Shown piece by piece: positions 28,950-40,802 of a stretch of 64,000 nt of DNA. The stretch's first letter is position 1. The number at the start of each line of letters is the position of its first letter. The position numbers and the translations under genes are program-made. The stretch spans positions 40,052,001-40,116,000 of the forward strand of contig OX597821.1 in assembly GCA_951406725.2 (NCBI GenBank), in the 5' to 3' direction. The notes beneath the pieces were generated by a model, which worked only from the letters and a program-made list of their open reading frames with translations, was not told the origin of the DNA and did not search any database. The DNA is from Octopus vulgaris (Eukaryota).

Positions 28950-29480
28950 ATTGTATACAGAGCTCAGGTGCACTACAACTCATCAGGAATGGATGAAAGA
29001 GATGATAGAAAGTAGCCTTAAGTGAAGTAAAGAAAGACAGCAATGAATGCTAGAAGTAGAAATATACAGGACAAAACACAAAAGACTGAAGAATGAAGAG
29101 TTAAAAAGTCACGAAAAGAAAAGGGTGCACAACGATGTACAGCAGGAGTAGCATTGGTGAATTTTGAGAAACATAGAAAATTTGAAGAATGCAGAGTCCT
29201 GACAGCTAACAGGTGATGTGAGTAGCTGATTCCATGCTTTGACAGTTTAGAGCATGAAAACATGTTTCCAAATGTCATGGTGTTATACTGCTTTTACATT
29301 TAATAAGTCTGTCAACAAGCTGTAGTGGTGAAGAATTCAAACTTGTGATCAAAGTTATTTTTGGAAAGATGGTAAAGAATCTTGTAGACTTTCACTGAGT
29401 CAGTTGCTAGTTATTGAAACTGGTTTCATATAGAAACAATATTGATATTAGCAAGTAGCACATTTGTGTGTTTAAAAATT
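28950..29480 (-). mobile_element. Decayed CR1/L2-type LINE 3' end
   Basis: Minus-strand VYKIL...FEFF...KQ...FS...WN-like pattern; heavily decayed. Confidence 0.45.
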
Positions 29481-29724
29481 CTGCTACACAGCAATAAGGC
29501 TCCAGGTACCTACTAAGTGGTAACTTTGCTTAGAGTCTTCTGCCATAGTTTCAGGTTCACCAATATTTTGTGGGTAGAATTTGCTAAACAAATATACTCT
29601 GTGTATGTGTGTGTGTGTGTGTTGAATAGAAACTATAAAAGCTGTTGCATTTTTTGTCACAAGCACAGACCCAATGTGTGAATCATTGGAAACTTGTAAC
29701 CCAGGATGATGTTGAGAAATTGTG

Positions 29725-29757
<33 letters not shown>

Positions 29758-30050
29758 GTTTAACGTCCGCTTTCCATGCTAGCATGGGTTGGACGATTTG
29801 ACCGAGGGCTGGCAAACCAGATGGCTGCATCTGGCTTCAATCTTGATCTGGCAGAGTTTCTAAAGCTGGATGCCCTTCCTAATGCCAACCACTCTGAGAG
29901 TGTAGTGGGTGCTTTTATGAGCCAGTCAGGCGGTACTGACAATGACCTCGCTTGAATCTTTTACACATGCCACTGGCACAGGTGCCAGTAAGGCGATGCT
30001 GGTAACGATCACGCTCGAATGGTGTCTTTTACATGCCACCGGCACACATG
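29725..30050 (-). mobile_element. RTE 3' UTR fragment with (CAT)n tail
   Basis: (cat)n cgtttaacgtccgctttccatgctagcatggg...ggatgcccttcctaatgccaacc, the same as the 3' end of the 39.1 kb RTE. Confidence 0.85.
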
Positions 30051-30916
30051 ACAAATTAATACAGCTTAATAAATAAATAAAGAAGTAAATAAATAAATAA
30101 AAATATGTACAAATCATTTGGATGAAGGAATTCCATGAATTCTTTAATGACATGGCAAGTGAGGTAAGCTCCAGGATCTAAGTAAGGAACAGGCACAGCT
30201 GTGCAGTTAGGATATTTACCTCACAACTACATTGTTCTAGGTTCAGTCTCACTGATTGATAATTTGAGTAAGGTCTTCTATCAGAAACCCTGGTTGACCA
30301 ATGTTTTGTTAGAGTAGAATCTAGTGGTCAGAAATTGTGTAGAAGTCCATTGTGTTTTATTTGTGTAATCAGTGAAGAATATAGACACCAAAAAGAAAAA
30401 CCGAAAAACCAGTCCTACAAGAATGAAGTTCCTCAAGAAATATCAAGTAATAACTTGTGCCATAGGAAACCGATAACCAATAATAACGTTCACAAAAGAA
30501 CAATATAAAATTCCGCATAAATATATTGAAGAATTTTGCTATGCAGGAACCACACTGAGGTTTTATTCCAGAATGTTACAATTTCCAGGAAGATGTGTTT
30601 ACTTGTCAGGGTGTGAAAAATATCTGTACTAATTATGTTTTTCTATAAAATAATTAACCATGGCTAATCAGCAACAAAACTTCAGCAACTTTGTCCAATT
30701 GTTCTATTTATTCATTTAATTATATCTCGTCTATCTAATTACTCATAATTTGATGACTTCTAACTTAACTCTCTCTCCACATCATCAATCTTTTTTTCTT
30801 TATTTATGTCTCTTTCTCTATGTCTGTCTTTTTATCAATGTGGGTTTATTTCTAAAGCTGTATCTCCATACATTTATTTATAACTCTTATGCGTATGTAG
30901 ATGTTCACTATATATC

Positions 30917-30963
<47 letters not shown>

Positions 30964-31359
30964 CATACATAGATGATGCCTCAGCTAATCAAAACTTCAA
31001 AGTTACAGTCAATGCTATTCTTGTTAAAGAATGGTAAATCTGTATTCTACCAGATGTGTTGAATAATCCTTCAATTTAATGTAAAAATTGTTTTTAATAA
31101 CATAAAAACAAACATTGATATAAAATGTCTCATGAGGGAAATGCCAGACCCACTGGCTATGGACTAAATGATTCAACCATAATTTAGAACCTTTGGCAGT
31201 CCATTGCAGTTTCATCTGCAGATCCTGCCTGACTCATGCTTCCTGTGCAGCAGAAGAAGGTCTTGAAATTACAGGGTGTGGGTCACCTTCTGGCATGTCA
31301 TGATCCACTCCTTGCCATTGGCTCTCGTCCTTTCTATAATTTTGTGTTTATTTGTTTCT

Positions 31360-31825
31360 ATGTTTTTCTCTGTATACCTTGCTGCAATGATGTATGAACT
31401 TCCCTCAGATCAGCCAGGAGTGAATATCAGATGTCATTTTGATGGAGGACTCTTCAACCTGGTGAAGTTTCAGACAAAGAAACTCATCAGGGCCGAGTGA
31501 ATTTCAGAATTCCAGTACACTGATGACAGCGTGGCACTCAGTCACTCATGCTTAGAACTGCAACAGGATTTCAATAATTTTATCAATGTTTATCAATGTC
31601 TATCAATGTTTATCAACATTTTGGGCTCACTGTAAATACTGAAAGATCTTGCTCAGCTTAAGTCCTCATCTCAAATTCTGCCCTTCTGGACTTTAACATC
31701 ATCATTTCAGGTGCACACCACAGTAACAAATTACTCGCTTTGCATACTTTGGAAGTGTAATTTCCACCAAAAGCAAAATGCGGAATGAAGAATCAAACCA
31801 GCTTACTCAACTTTCAGTAACCTCA
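31360..31825 (+). pseudogene. RTE/BovB-like reverse transcriptase fragment
   Basis: FFSVYLAAMM...GVNIRCHFDGGLFNLVKFQTKK...ISEFQYTDDSVALSHSCLELQ (DG.LFNL and YxDD motifs). Confidence 0.8.
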
Positions 31826-31829
31826 CAAA

Positions 31830-32214
31830 ACATGCTCGTGAAATTAACATGCATGTGGCTGAGCACTCCACAGACCCATGTACCCTTAATGTAGTTGTCA
31901 GGGAGATCCAGCATGACACAGAGTGTGACAAGGCTGGACCCTTTGAAATGCAGGTACAACAGAAACAGGAAAAGAGAGTGAGACAAATTTGTGGTGAAAA
32001 AGTAACACAGGGTTCGCCACCACCCACTGTCGGAGCCTTGTGGAGCTTTTGGTGCTTTTGCTCAATAAACACTCACAATGCTCAATCAGGGAATCGAAAC
32101 CATGATCCTATGACCATGAGTCTGCTGCCCTAGCCACTGGGCATGGAAGCCACAGGTGCGAGCCCGGGTGAAGCTAACCATGGGTGTAGATCTCGGTGGT
32201 AGTAGCACCTCCAC
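31830..32214 (-). mobile_element. SINE family C with interrupted head
   Basis: Homologous to 45611-46000; head interrupted at about 32143-32206. Confidence 0.85.
32141..32207 (+). rRNA. Short, decayed 28S rRNA-like fragment (pseudogene)
   Basis: gaagcc...ggtgcgagcccgggtgaagc...gggtgtagatctcggtggtagtagca resembles the conserved LSU segment ...GGTGCAGATCTTGGTGGTAGTAGCA. Confidence 0.8.
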
Positions 32215-32255
32215 ACTTATATATATATATATGTTTACACACACACATGTCTATA

Positions 32256-32298
<43 letters not shown>

Positions 32299-32479
32299 CA
32301 GCAAAAATTTAGATTCAGATGAATATCGTACTTAAGTTAAAGGCACCAGAATTTGGCATGGTATTATCCATATAAATCAAATGGGGTGATTATAATCAAA
32401 ATAATGTTTGTAATGTTGGCAAATGGAATTAAGTAGAAAAATGAACATTGTCAATTTAATTTTTTTTTAAATTCCATAA

Positions 32480-32566
32480 GTGGCTGATGAGTGCTCTTAA
32501 TTTTTAAAACTGATATAATACTTGCAGTCTTTAATTAAATGAAGTAGCATGAAACGATTGTACTAC
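32480..32566 (+). ncRNA. Type I hammerhead motif in a (TA)n-flanked element (about 32296-32602)
   Basis: gugg-CUGAUGA-gugcu...agcau-GAAAC-gauu-GUA-cuac; all core bases present and stems I-III can pair. Confidence 0.72.
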
Positions 32567-32597
32567 ACTAACTTTGGATATCCTTGTTGCTTATTTT

Positions 32598-32660
<63 letters not shown>

Positions 32661-32962
32661 TTATAAATTTAATGTCATAACAGCCACTGCATGTGATTGA
32701 AGTGTTTCATGCTAAAGAACCTTCCAAGTGCAGAGGCAGAATCTAAAAGTCGTCAGACATGGGTGATGTTTCAGTGACTTTAAACTTCATTAGCAACAGC
32801 TGAACTGAAAGCAACTGTTCGTATTGCAGTCCCCCAATATATGACAGCTATTGGCAGCATGAGCTGGAGGTTTATAAAGCGATCAAGAATGGATAAACAT
32901 ATGAAATAAAAATTACCTTAGAAAAGCAGTAAAACATGTTTCCCCTCATAGATATCATCAAG

Positions 32963-33003
<41 letters not shown>

Positions 33004-33227
33004 TATCATCATCATCATCAGTAGCAGCAGGATCATTGTTGGCATTATTTTAATTACTTCTTTTCCAGGAATGGAGGAGCCAGACAAAATTTGGTGTGTG
33101 AAGTAGATTTTCTTAGACTTGATGCCCTTCCTGTTGCCAATTAACACTTGGTTCCAAGCAAAATGATATTTCTTGACAATAAGCACATAGCTCAATATGA
33201 GGAAACACACATTCAGACATGTGTGCA

Positions 33228-33262
<35 letters not shown>

Positions 33263-34681
33263 CAGGTTTCTTTTCAGTTTCTCTCTTCTAAATTTCCTTA
33301 TGAGGTTTTACTCAGCTCGGGGCTATAAAATAAGACTCTGGTCCAATTTGCTGCGCAGTGGAATTGAAGCAGAGACCATGTGGTTGCAAAGCAAATTCTA
33401 AGCCGTACAACCATGCTTACACTTCCATCTCTACGCGGCTGCATTTATACATACAAGCATACACTGAAGTACACACACGTTTACACATAGAAACGTGGGT
33501 GTGTGTGTGTGCGTTTATATACAGAGCGTGTAACATTTAAGTGGAATGTGTATTTGTACGAGTATGCAAAATTTTAAATTTTATGTAAATCTTCAAGTAG
33601 CGTTCATTGTTAGTTAGTTGCCCTCAGCTATTGGGATCTAAGATGGAATTGCACTTTTGCTGTAGCTCTTGGTGAATAGAAGTTGTTGATTTGTTCTTTA
33701 TTTTGTAGTTGTTCTTGTTGTTGTGAACGATATTTTAAAAGAGTTGAGACATACGTCGGCTTTGCCACTTGGGGTGAGTGTGGAAAATTGTTAATGGCAT
33801 GTTTAATTAGCAGAGAACGATAGAGTGAACTTATAAATCTTGGAGATGTCAGGAAATGAGACCTTCAGCCTGAGTAACCAGAAGCACTTTTTCTCGGTGA
33901 TGTTCAAGTAGGAGAGGTGAGATGGAGTGTGTGGTGTGTAGCGTGTATGTGTGTGTATGTTTGTGTGTGTGTGTGTGAAATAAATTATATTCCATTCCAT
34001 TTGTAGGAAAGAATTGAAAAGAGAATGTATTTTGGATACATGTTGAATCGGCACTAGCAGAAGAAAGATTTGTGTTACAGTAAAAAAAAAAATGAGTCGT
34101 TGGGTATTAGTTTGGAAAATGTGTTTGTAGTATTGGAACAAAGAGAAGGAAGTTCTGTGGTGTTGTCCACAGATGTTTCAGTTTGAAGAAGTGACAAGTA
34201 TATCGACACAACATTGATGTACAAGTGTTTGAAGCAGAGAGAGAGAGAGAGCAAAAGAGAGAGAGAACCATAGTAAATTCTGAATGAGCCATAATTTCTT
34301 CCATATATAAGTTTTAGAAAATCTCAAAAACCACAGATGAGTAAGATATTTAATAATCACATGAGGGGTCAGTACAGTGTCCCGAGCCAAGTAGTGTGAT
34401 GTTTCCATCTGCAAAAAAAAAAAGGGGTCTTCTAACAGCCAAATCCATAAAAACTGTAAATAGAGATCAGAGAGTGGAATAATTCATTATTGCACACAAT
34501 ACAGGGTGCTAATGATAGTAGAATAAGAAGTTTTAATTCTTTTCCTACCAACATGTTTGAGAAGAGACCCTGGTTCCAGGCTACACATTCTTTGTTTAAA
34601 AGTGATCAACATTTCATGCTGATTTATGATTCAAGCAAGAGCTGAATAATGACTGAGTTATTTTACTAAATCCTTCATAAT

Positions 34682-35035
34682 ACAGTTCTATATTTAAGAG
34701 ATGAGGAATTATGTGCCTTATTTACATTATTTACATTCAACAGATATTTGTCCTCATCTTGTTTGTTGTTAACACAACGTTTCAGCTGATATACCCTCCA
34801 GCCTTCTTCAGGTGGCTAGGGGAAATTTCAAACCTGTGTTCTAATTCCTAAGGTATATTTTTCTACGTTATTGTTGTTGTTGTTGTTGTTTTTGTTGTTG
34901 TTGCTTTTGTTGTTGTTGTTGCTGCTGCTACTCCTGCTGCTGCTGCTGCTGTTGCTGTTGTTGTTGTTGTTGTTCAGGTCACTGCTCGGAATCTTGGAGT
35001 TAGTAGCCCATGCTTTTAACCACTATGCCATATGC
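34682..35035 (-). mobile_element. Second copy of the tRNA-headed HHR SINE; HHR at 34771-34815
   Basis: Minus strand: head ggcatagtggttaaaagc..., (AAC/AGC)n tract, then cac-CUGAAGA-aggcug...cagcu-GAAAC-GUU-gug. Confidence 0.82.
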
Positions 35036-36529
35036 CAATGGGTAAATAATGAAAATAAATCCTTCATTATTTTCAAAATTAATTGCAAAATGAGCAATGT
35101 ATTACAACTAAATTATGGTAACGAAAGTGTTAATCAAAATAAGAGCAGTAATTCCACGACTCTACTGTCAACTTTATCACCAATCATTTCAAGTTGACTC
35201 AAAATTCTGTCAGAGAATTTATAGAATACTGGAGCTTCCAGTTTCAACGAGCAAAACTATATTGGCTCAGAATGGAATAATGTGTCTGGGAATCCCTTAC
35301 AGTTGTGACAGTCATATGTTTTAGATTGTAACTATATAAAAATTATAAAAAACCTGTCACTGCAAATGTTCCATCATCTGTTTCCTGCCATATTACTCCA
35401 TCTTTTACAGTTTTATTAACAGAGTCTGAACTGTTAGAATCTATGTTCTATTGTGCTAGAGTCACTACATCCTCTTCTATATCAGTAGAAGAATATGACA
35501 TTTTCCATTTTTCCTCACCTCCATTGTCTTAACTGAATAACATCCTCAACAATAATGGTGGAGAGTATTAAACAATTTGAAAATATTGGCTATTTCCTAC
35601 CAGAAGACAATCAGAACCCTCTCATTTGAAATGCCATGAAACAACATGAAGATAAAAATACAAGAGCAACACATTAATTCAATGCAACAAAACTGAAAAT
35701 AAAGTCAGAATTTTAGATTAAAAAGTTACAAAACTATCTTTTATCTCTGAAGAAAAATTGATATTCATAGAATACTATTTATTGAGAATAGAAATGGCTT
35801 GGAAGAATAGGAAATATTTGTTAACCATCTGATAGCACTTTCTTTTCTTTTACTTTGGCTTTTTTCATGTTCACTGAAGATTAGAATTTAAAACTGAAAA
35901 AGAAAACAATACCTGAAAATAAAAATAAAATTAAAAACTACAAAATAACAAACATACTGTTTCATGTTGTAGACTGACATGAATATTATGATATTGTTAA
36001 AAAAAAAAAATAATTCTAAGATTTAAGATGAAACTTTTTAGATTTAACCCTTTCATTAGATTAACATTCTGGAGCTGGTTTGCTGTTTATTCAAGTAGTA
36101 AAAACAAACATTTAGATTTTTATTCTGCCAACACCTATCTGATTTATTTATACAGGAATTGTCAAGCTTGTTTTAAAATGGTTTTTATCTAGAAGATACA
36201 TTGATAATTGGGAGGAATTTTAAATATTTTCTTTAATACAACTGGTTTAAGGATAGAGAATGAAATTAAGAGCTATTTGTAATTGAATACTAATTTGTCT
36301 ATTTCTTCCTTTACACCAAAGAAAATGCTTCCTTCCTTGTACAATGTATAATTCTTTATGGTTAATATATAATGAGTATTGTTCTGAATATGTAAAAACA
36401 AAAAAAATCTTGAATGCTTACTAAAACCTCTACCTGAATGGTCTTTCAGATGACTGGCTTTGTGTAAAAACTGTTAAAGAACACATGATTTAGGGATACA
36501 TTTCAAATTACCATTGATTCTGTTCTTCA

Positions 36530-36643
<114 letters not shown>

Positions 36644-36647
36644 TTAT

Positions 36648-36854
36648 AGTTAATCCAAACAAGAAAACCCAAAAAAACAGCAACGCGAGGACGTGGAACA
36701 AATAAAGTATTATTGGATGCTCAGGAATGAAGGGAAGAAGGAGGATTTAACTTTTCGAGCGGAGCTCTTTGTTGGAAACAAAGGAGAAGGAAAGATCCCG
36801 AGAAGGGAAGACAGAGGAAAAACAATTACTGGCAGGGCTCACGAGGTCACATGT

Positions 36855-36857
<3 letters not shown>
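36648..36857 (-). mobile_element. Penelope-like pseudo-LTR fragment with a decayed HHR (36746-36778), in (TA)n
   Basis: Minus strand uuu-ccaacaa-agagc-ucc-gcuc-GAAAa-guu-aaa; flanks resemble 41990-42175 (ttcctgagc...taatac). Confidence 0.6.
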
Positions 36858-36907
<50 letters not shown>

Positions 36908-36910
<3 letters not shown>

Positions 36911-37342
36911 TAATAGTTATCGCCATACTTATATGGCAATCTTATAAATATAAGACTAAAGTTGTCGCTGATTAGCTCCAAGAGGCCACTGCCTCAAGTG
37001 AGCTATTTGACACACAAACTGCGTCCATTATAAACCTTCGAACAGGGGAGGTCAGCCGCTTCATCCTGCCAGTCAGACAGCTGCAGACATGTTTCAGGGT
37101 ATTTGCCCTTTATCAATGCAGCGTAGTCAGACCCAGCAGGTGTTGCTACTGACTGTCCCTGTTCGAAGAATCTATTTACCTAGTTTCAGTGGAATACATC
37201 CACTTGTTTTCAATAATAGAAATATTAAAATTACTAAGTCTCTCTAAAGGAGATTACTGCCATATAAGTATGGCGATAACAATTAATTTCCAGTAACGCT
37301 GCCGTAATCTCCTTTAGAGAGACTTAGTAATTTTAATATTTC

Positions 37343-37349
<7 letters not shown>
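36908..37349. mobile_element. (TA)n-flanked retrozyme-like element with terminal inversions
   Basis: Perfect inverted repeat of about 45 bp (37213-37257 / 37304-37349); 36911-36940 is inverted at about 37258-37286; contains an HHR. Confidence 0.7.
37080..37122 (-). ncRNA. Type I hammerhead with U3:A8 core variant
   Basis: gcugca-UUGAUAA-agggcaaauacccu-GAAAC-au-GUC-ugcagc: perfect 6-bp stem I, 4-bp stem II, GUC cleavage triplet. Confidence 0.8.
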
Positions 37350-37406
<57 letters not shown>

Positions 37407-37409
<3 letters not shown>

Positions 37410-37714
37410 GAGGCACAATGGCCCAGTGGTTAGGGCAGCGGGCTCGCGGTCGGACGATCGCGGTTTCGATTCCCAGACCAGGCGTTGTGTGTGTTTATTG
37501 ACCGAAAACACCTAAAGCTCCACGAGGCTCCGGCAGGGGGTGGTGGCGATCCCTGCAGTACTCTTTCGGCACAACTTTCTTTCACTCTTTCTTCTATTGG
37601 CCTGCTCGCTTAGCCAGCGGGGTGGCGTCATTTGAAGGCTAAAACAATGCAAAGCGCATTGTGACCAGTGATGTGTAGCAACATCTGATAGCCTGGTCAG
37701 TCGCAGTGATCGGT

Positions 37715-37717
<3 letters not shown>
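37407..37717 (+). mobile_element. SINE with family C head and an alternative tail
   Basis: Head gtggaggcacaatggcccagtggttagggcagcg...ggtttcgattccc is shared with the 45611 copy up to about 37590, then diverges. Confidence 0.85.
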
Positions 37718-37750
<33 letters not shown>

Positions 37751-38811
37751 TTACTTCTGGATATCCTTGTTGCTTATTTTAATTATATATATATGCTAGC
37801 ATGGAAAACGGACGTTAAACGATAATGATGATATATGCACTCTTGATATGGAAAATAAAATTTCCCTTGTGGAAAGAGAAGAATTTCAAAAACAGAAAAA
37901 CAGAAAATTGTTTGCAACTCTGATTGGGAAAAGGAAATACACTAAAAAAATTTAAGAATAATTTCATGGTTAATAAACAGGCTGAGGCAAAAAGGACTTT
38001 TCTGATTATATTTTCAGAGATGAGAGCAGGCTGGCCTCAGTTTGGCCTTAGTATTAACACCGCATAATCTTTATCGTCTCCAAATGTATGTGGATAATTT
38101 AATATTCTCTAAAAGAGGTTAGTATGTACTTGGCCAAGAGTAATTTGCATAATTAAAAAAGTAAAGGAGCTAAAGACAATAATTCTAAGGGACCAGTTGT
38201 GTAAATTTGGATAATGAATTTGACAGATACGTGTGTGTACTGAATGTCATAAATGATAAATTATTATTTTATAAAACTTTCACTCGTAGACAGAGCAGAG
38301 AAACAAAAAAAATTAGTGATAGCTGTTAGAAATGCTAAATGAGAAGGGGGAGATAATTGTATTAAATTCTATTAATTTTGTTTTGTATTGCTCACTAATT
38401 AATTTTGATTTGTTGTCTCTATTTGAATTTGGAAATAGAATTTGAAAATAGAATTTGAAAATAGAAAACTGATCATTATAGGAAAACTTCTGATTTACTA
38501 ATGTGGAAAAAAATTCCTGAATCCACAAAAATTTTTTTTTAATGAGATAGTCTTGTTTGGGAAATTTGAAAAATAAACTCTAATTTCATAAAATAAAGCA
38601 GGATGTGGACAGGTGGATTGATTTCATAAGAAAAGATGTTGGGATAGTCACATTTGGAATGCTTTCATCTGAAGAATCCCTTGTTGATTTGAATGTTGAA
38701 CTTACCATATATTCTTAACAGATGAGAAAAGAGAAAAGGAGTTACAGTTGATGTGATTTTGGATTTTGGGAAATCCTTTTTATTTTGGAACATAATCAAT
38801 AAAACTAAGAA

Positions 38812-39076
38812 CTGGCACTCTTTCAGTTATGATGACAAGTGTTCCTGCTGATCCAATCATCAAAACAAGCTGCTTGTGAAATTAGTGTGGAAGGAGCTGA
38901 GCACTTTACCAACACATGTACCCTTAACATAGTTTTCAGCGAGATTCAGGGTTACACAGAATGTGACAAGGCTGGCCCCTTTCAATTACAGGTACAATTT
39001 GTCTTTGCCAGCTGAGTGGACTGGAGCAATGTGAAATGAAGTGTCTTCCACAAGATCCCAATACAGTACCAGGAAT
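38812..39076 (-). mobile_element. Diverged SINE with family C-like tail
   Basis: gtacccttaac...gtgacaaggctggccc motifs shared with the 45.7 kb copy. Confidence 0.7.
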
Positions 39077-39099
39077 TGATGATATATACATTTATATAT

Positions 39100-40470
39100 C
39101 ATCATCATCATCATCATCATCATCATTTAACATTCGTTTTCCATGCTAGAATGGGTTGGACAGTTCGACTGGGGTCTCGGAATCCGGGAGGTTGCACCAG
39201 GCTCCAGTCTGATCTGGCAGTGTTGCTACAGCAGGATGCCCTTCCTAACACCAAACCACATCCAGCAGATCTTGCTAGCTTCATTTCTTTCGAGCCTACG
39301 CATGTCCTCAGCAGTCACAGCTTATGTTTCACTGCCGTGAAGCATGGCAGTTTGCACACATGCATCGTACAATCTATCTTTCACTCTGAGTGAGAGGCCC
39401 TTTGTCACCAGCAGTGGTAGAAGCTTCCTAAACTTTGTAGTGGATGCTTTTTAAACACCACCGGCACAGGGGCCAGAAGAGGTTATAGCAACGGCTATGA
39501 TCAGATGGTGCTTTTTATGTGCCACAGGCACGGAAGCCAGTCAAGGCAGTGCTGGCATCAGATATGTTCGGATGGTGCTTTTTACGTGCCACCAGAACAT
39601 GTATCACAACTACAATTTCCATTTGATTTTTATTTTGATGTTAATGTACTTGACTCAATAGGTCACCGCAAGCACAGCAAGTTGCCCTATGATCCAAGGT
39701 ACTTTTGAATGGGCTGGTGCTAGTTATGCAAAACTGGTGTAGGATACAGCCATGAACACACTTTATTTGCTGGGTCTTCGTAGTCACAGCATATCTCCAG
39801 AGGTCTCGGTCTTTTGTCATTTCTTCTGTGAGGCCCAACATTCGAAGGTCATGCTTCACTATCTCATTCCATGTCTTCCTGGGTCTACCTCTACCCCGGA
39901 TTTCTTCAACTGTTTGGGAGTGGCACTTCTTCACACATCTCTCTGCATTCATCCATAGTACATGACCATAGCAGCACAAATGTCTCTCTTGCATGCCACA
40001 TCTGATGTTTCTTGTGTCCAACATTTCTCTCAGGGCTCTTACACTCTGTCGTGTGTGGACACTGACATTACACATCCAGCGGATCATGCTAGCTTCATTT
40101 CTTTCAAGTCTACGCATGTCTTCTGCAGTTAGGGCCCATGTTTCACTGCCGTGAAGCATGGCAGTTTGCACACATGCATCATACAATCTACTTTTCACTC
40201 TGAGCGAGAGGCCCTTTGTCACCAGCAGAGATAGAAGCTTCCTAAACTTTGTCTAGGCTATTCTTATTCTAGTGGTAACACTCTCTGAGCATCCACCTCC
40301 ACTACTAACTTGGTCACCTAGGTAGTGGAAGCTATCAACTACTTCTAGTTTCTTCCCCTGGAGTGTGATGGAATCTGTTTTCTGAGCATCTGTGGTGTTT
40401 ATTGTCCCTGTGACACACACGAAAGCTATCTTCCTGATTTATCTTCCTTTGATGTTGCTGCACCTCGTAT
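39100..40470 (-). mobile_element. 5'-truncated RTE-clade LINE: ORF C-terminus, tandem-repeat 3' UTR, (GAT)n tail
   Basis: ORF 39641-40222 (LSLRVKSRLYDACVQTAMLHGSETWALTAEDMRRLERNEASMIRWMC...RGRGRPRKTW); upstream EVVDSFHYLGD motif. Confidence 0.93.
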
Positions 40471-40499
40471 GTGTCCATATATATACATACATACATACT

Positions 40500-40539
<40 letters not shown>

Positions 40540-40662
40540 TAAATCAGAGATAAAACCACTATTAGGCAAATCATACAATGAAAAACTTAAGCCAATACAT
40601 AAGATTAATTAATTTATATTATTTAAATATATGTCAAAATTATTAAAAAAGATAATTAATAT

Positions 40663-40728
40663 AACACTACAATCTTTTCATGGCTGTTCAATTCTTAAAA
40701 TTTTCGAGTTACAGTCATTCTTCAGGTG

Positions 40729-40730
<2 letters not shown>
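40663..40730 (-). ncRNA. Type I hammerhead motif in a (TA)n-flanked AT-rich element (about 40536-40735)
   Basis: accac-CUGAAGA-augacugu...acagccau-GAAAa-gauu-GUA-guguu; one stem III mismatch. Confidence 0.68.
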
Positions 40731-40787
<57 letters not shown>

Positions 40788-40802
40788 TGTATCTATATTA
40801 TG

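Noticed and set aside
32765-32800. Weak HHR-like motif (cuaauga-agu...acu-gaaac-auc); similar at about 44270 and 58350
   Set aside because: Several core substitutions and poor stem I; not distinguishable from chance by eye.
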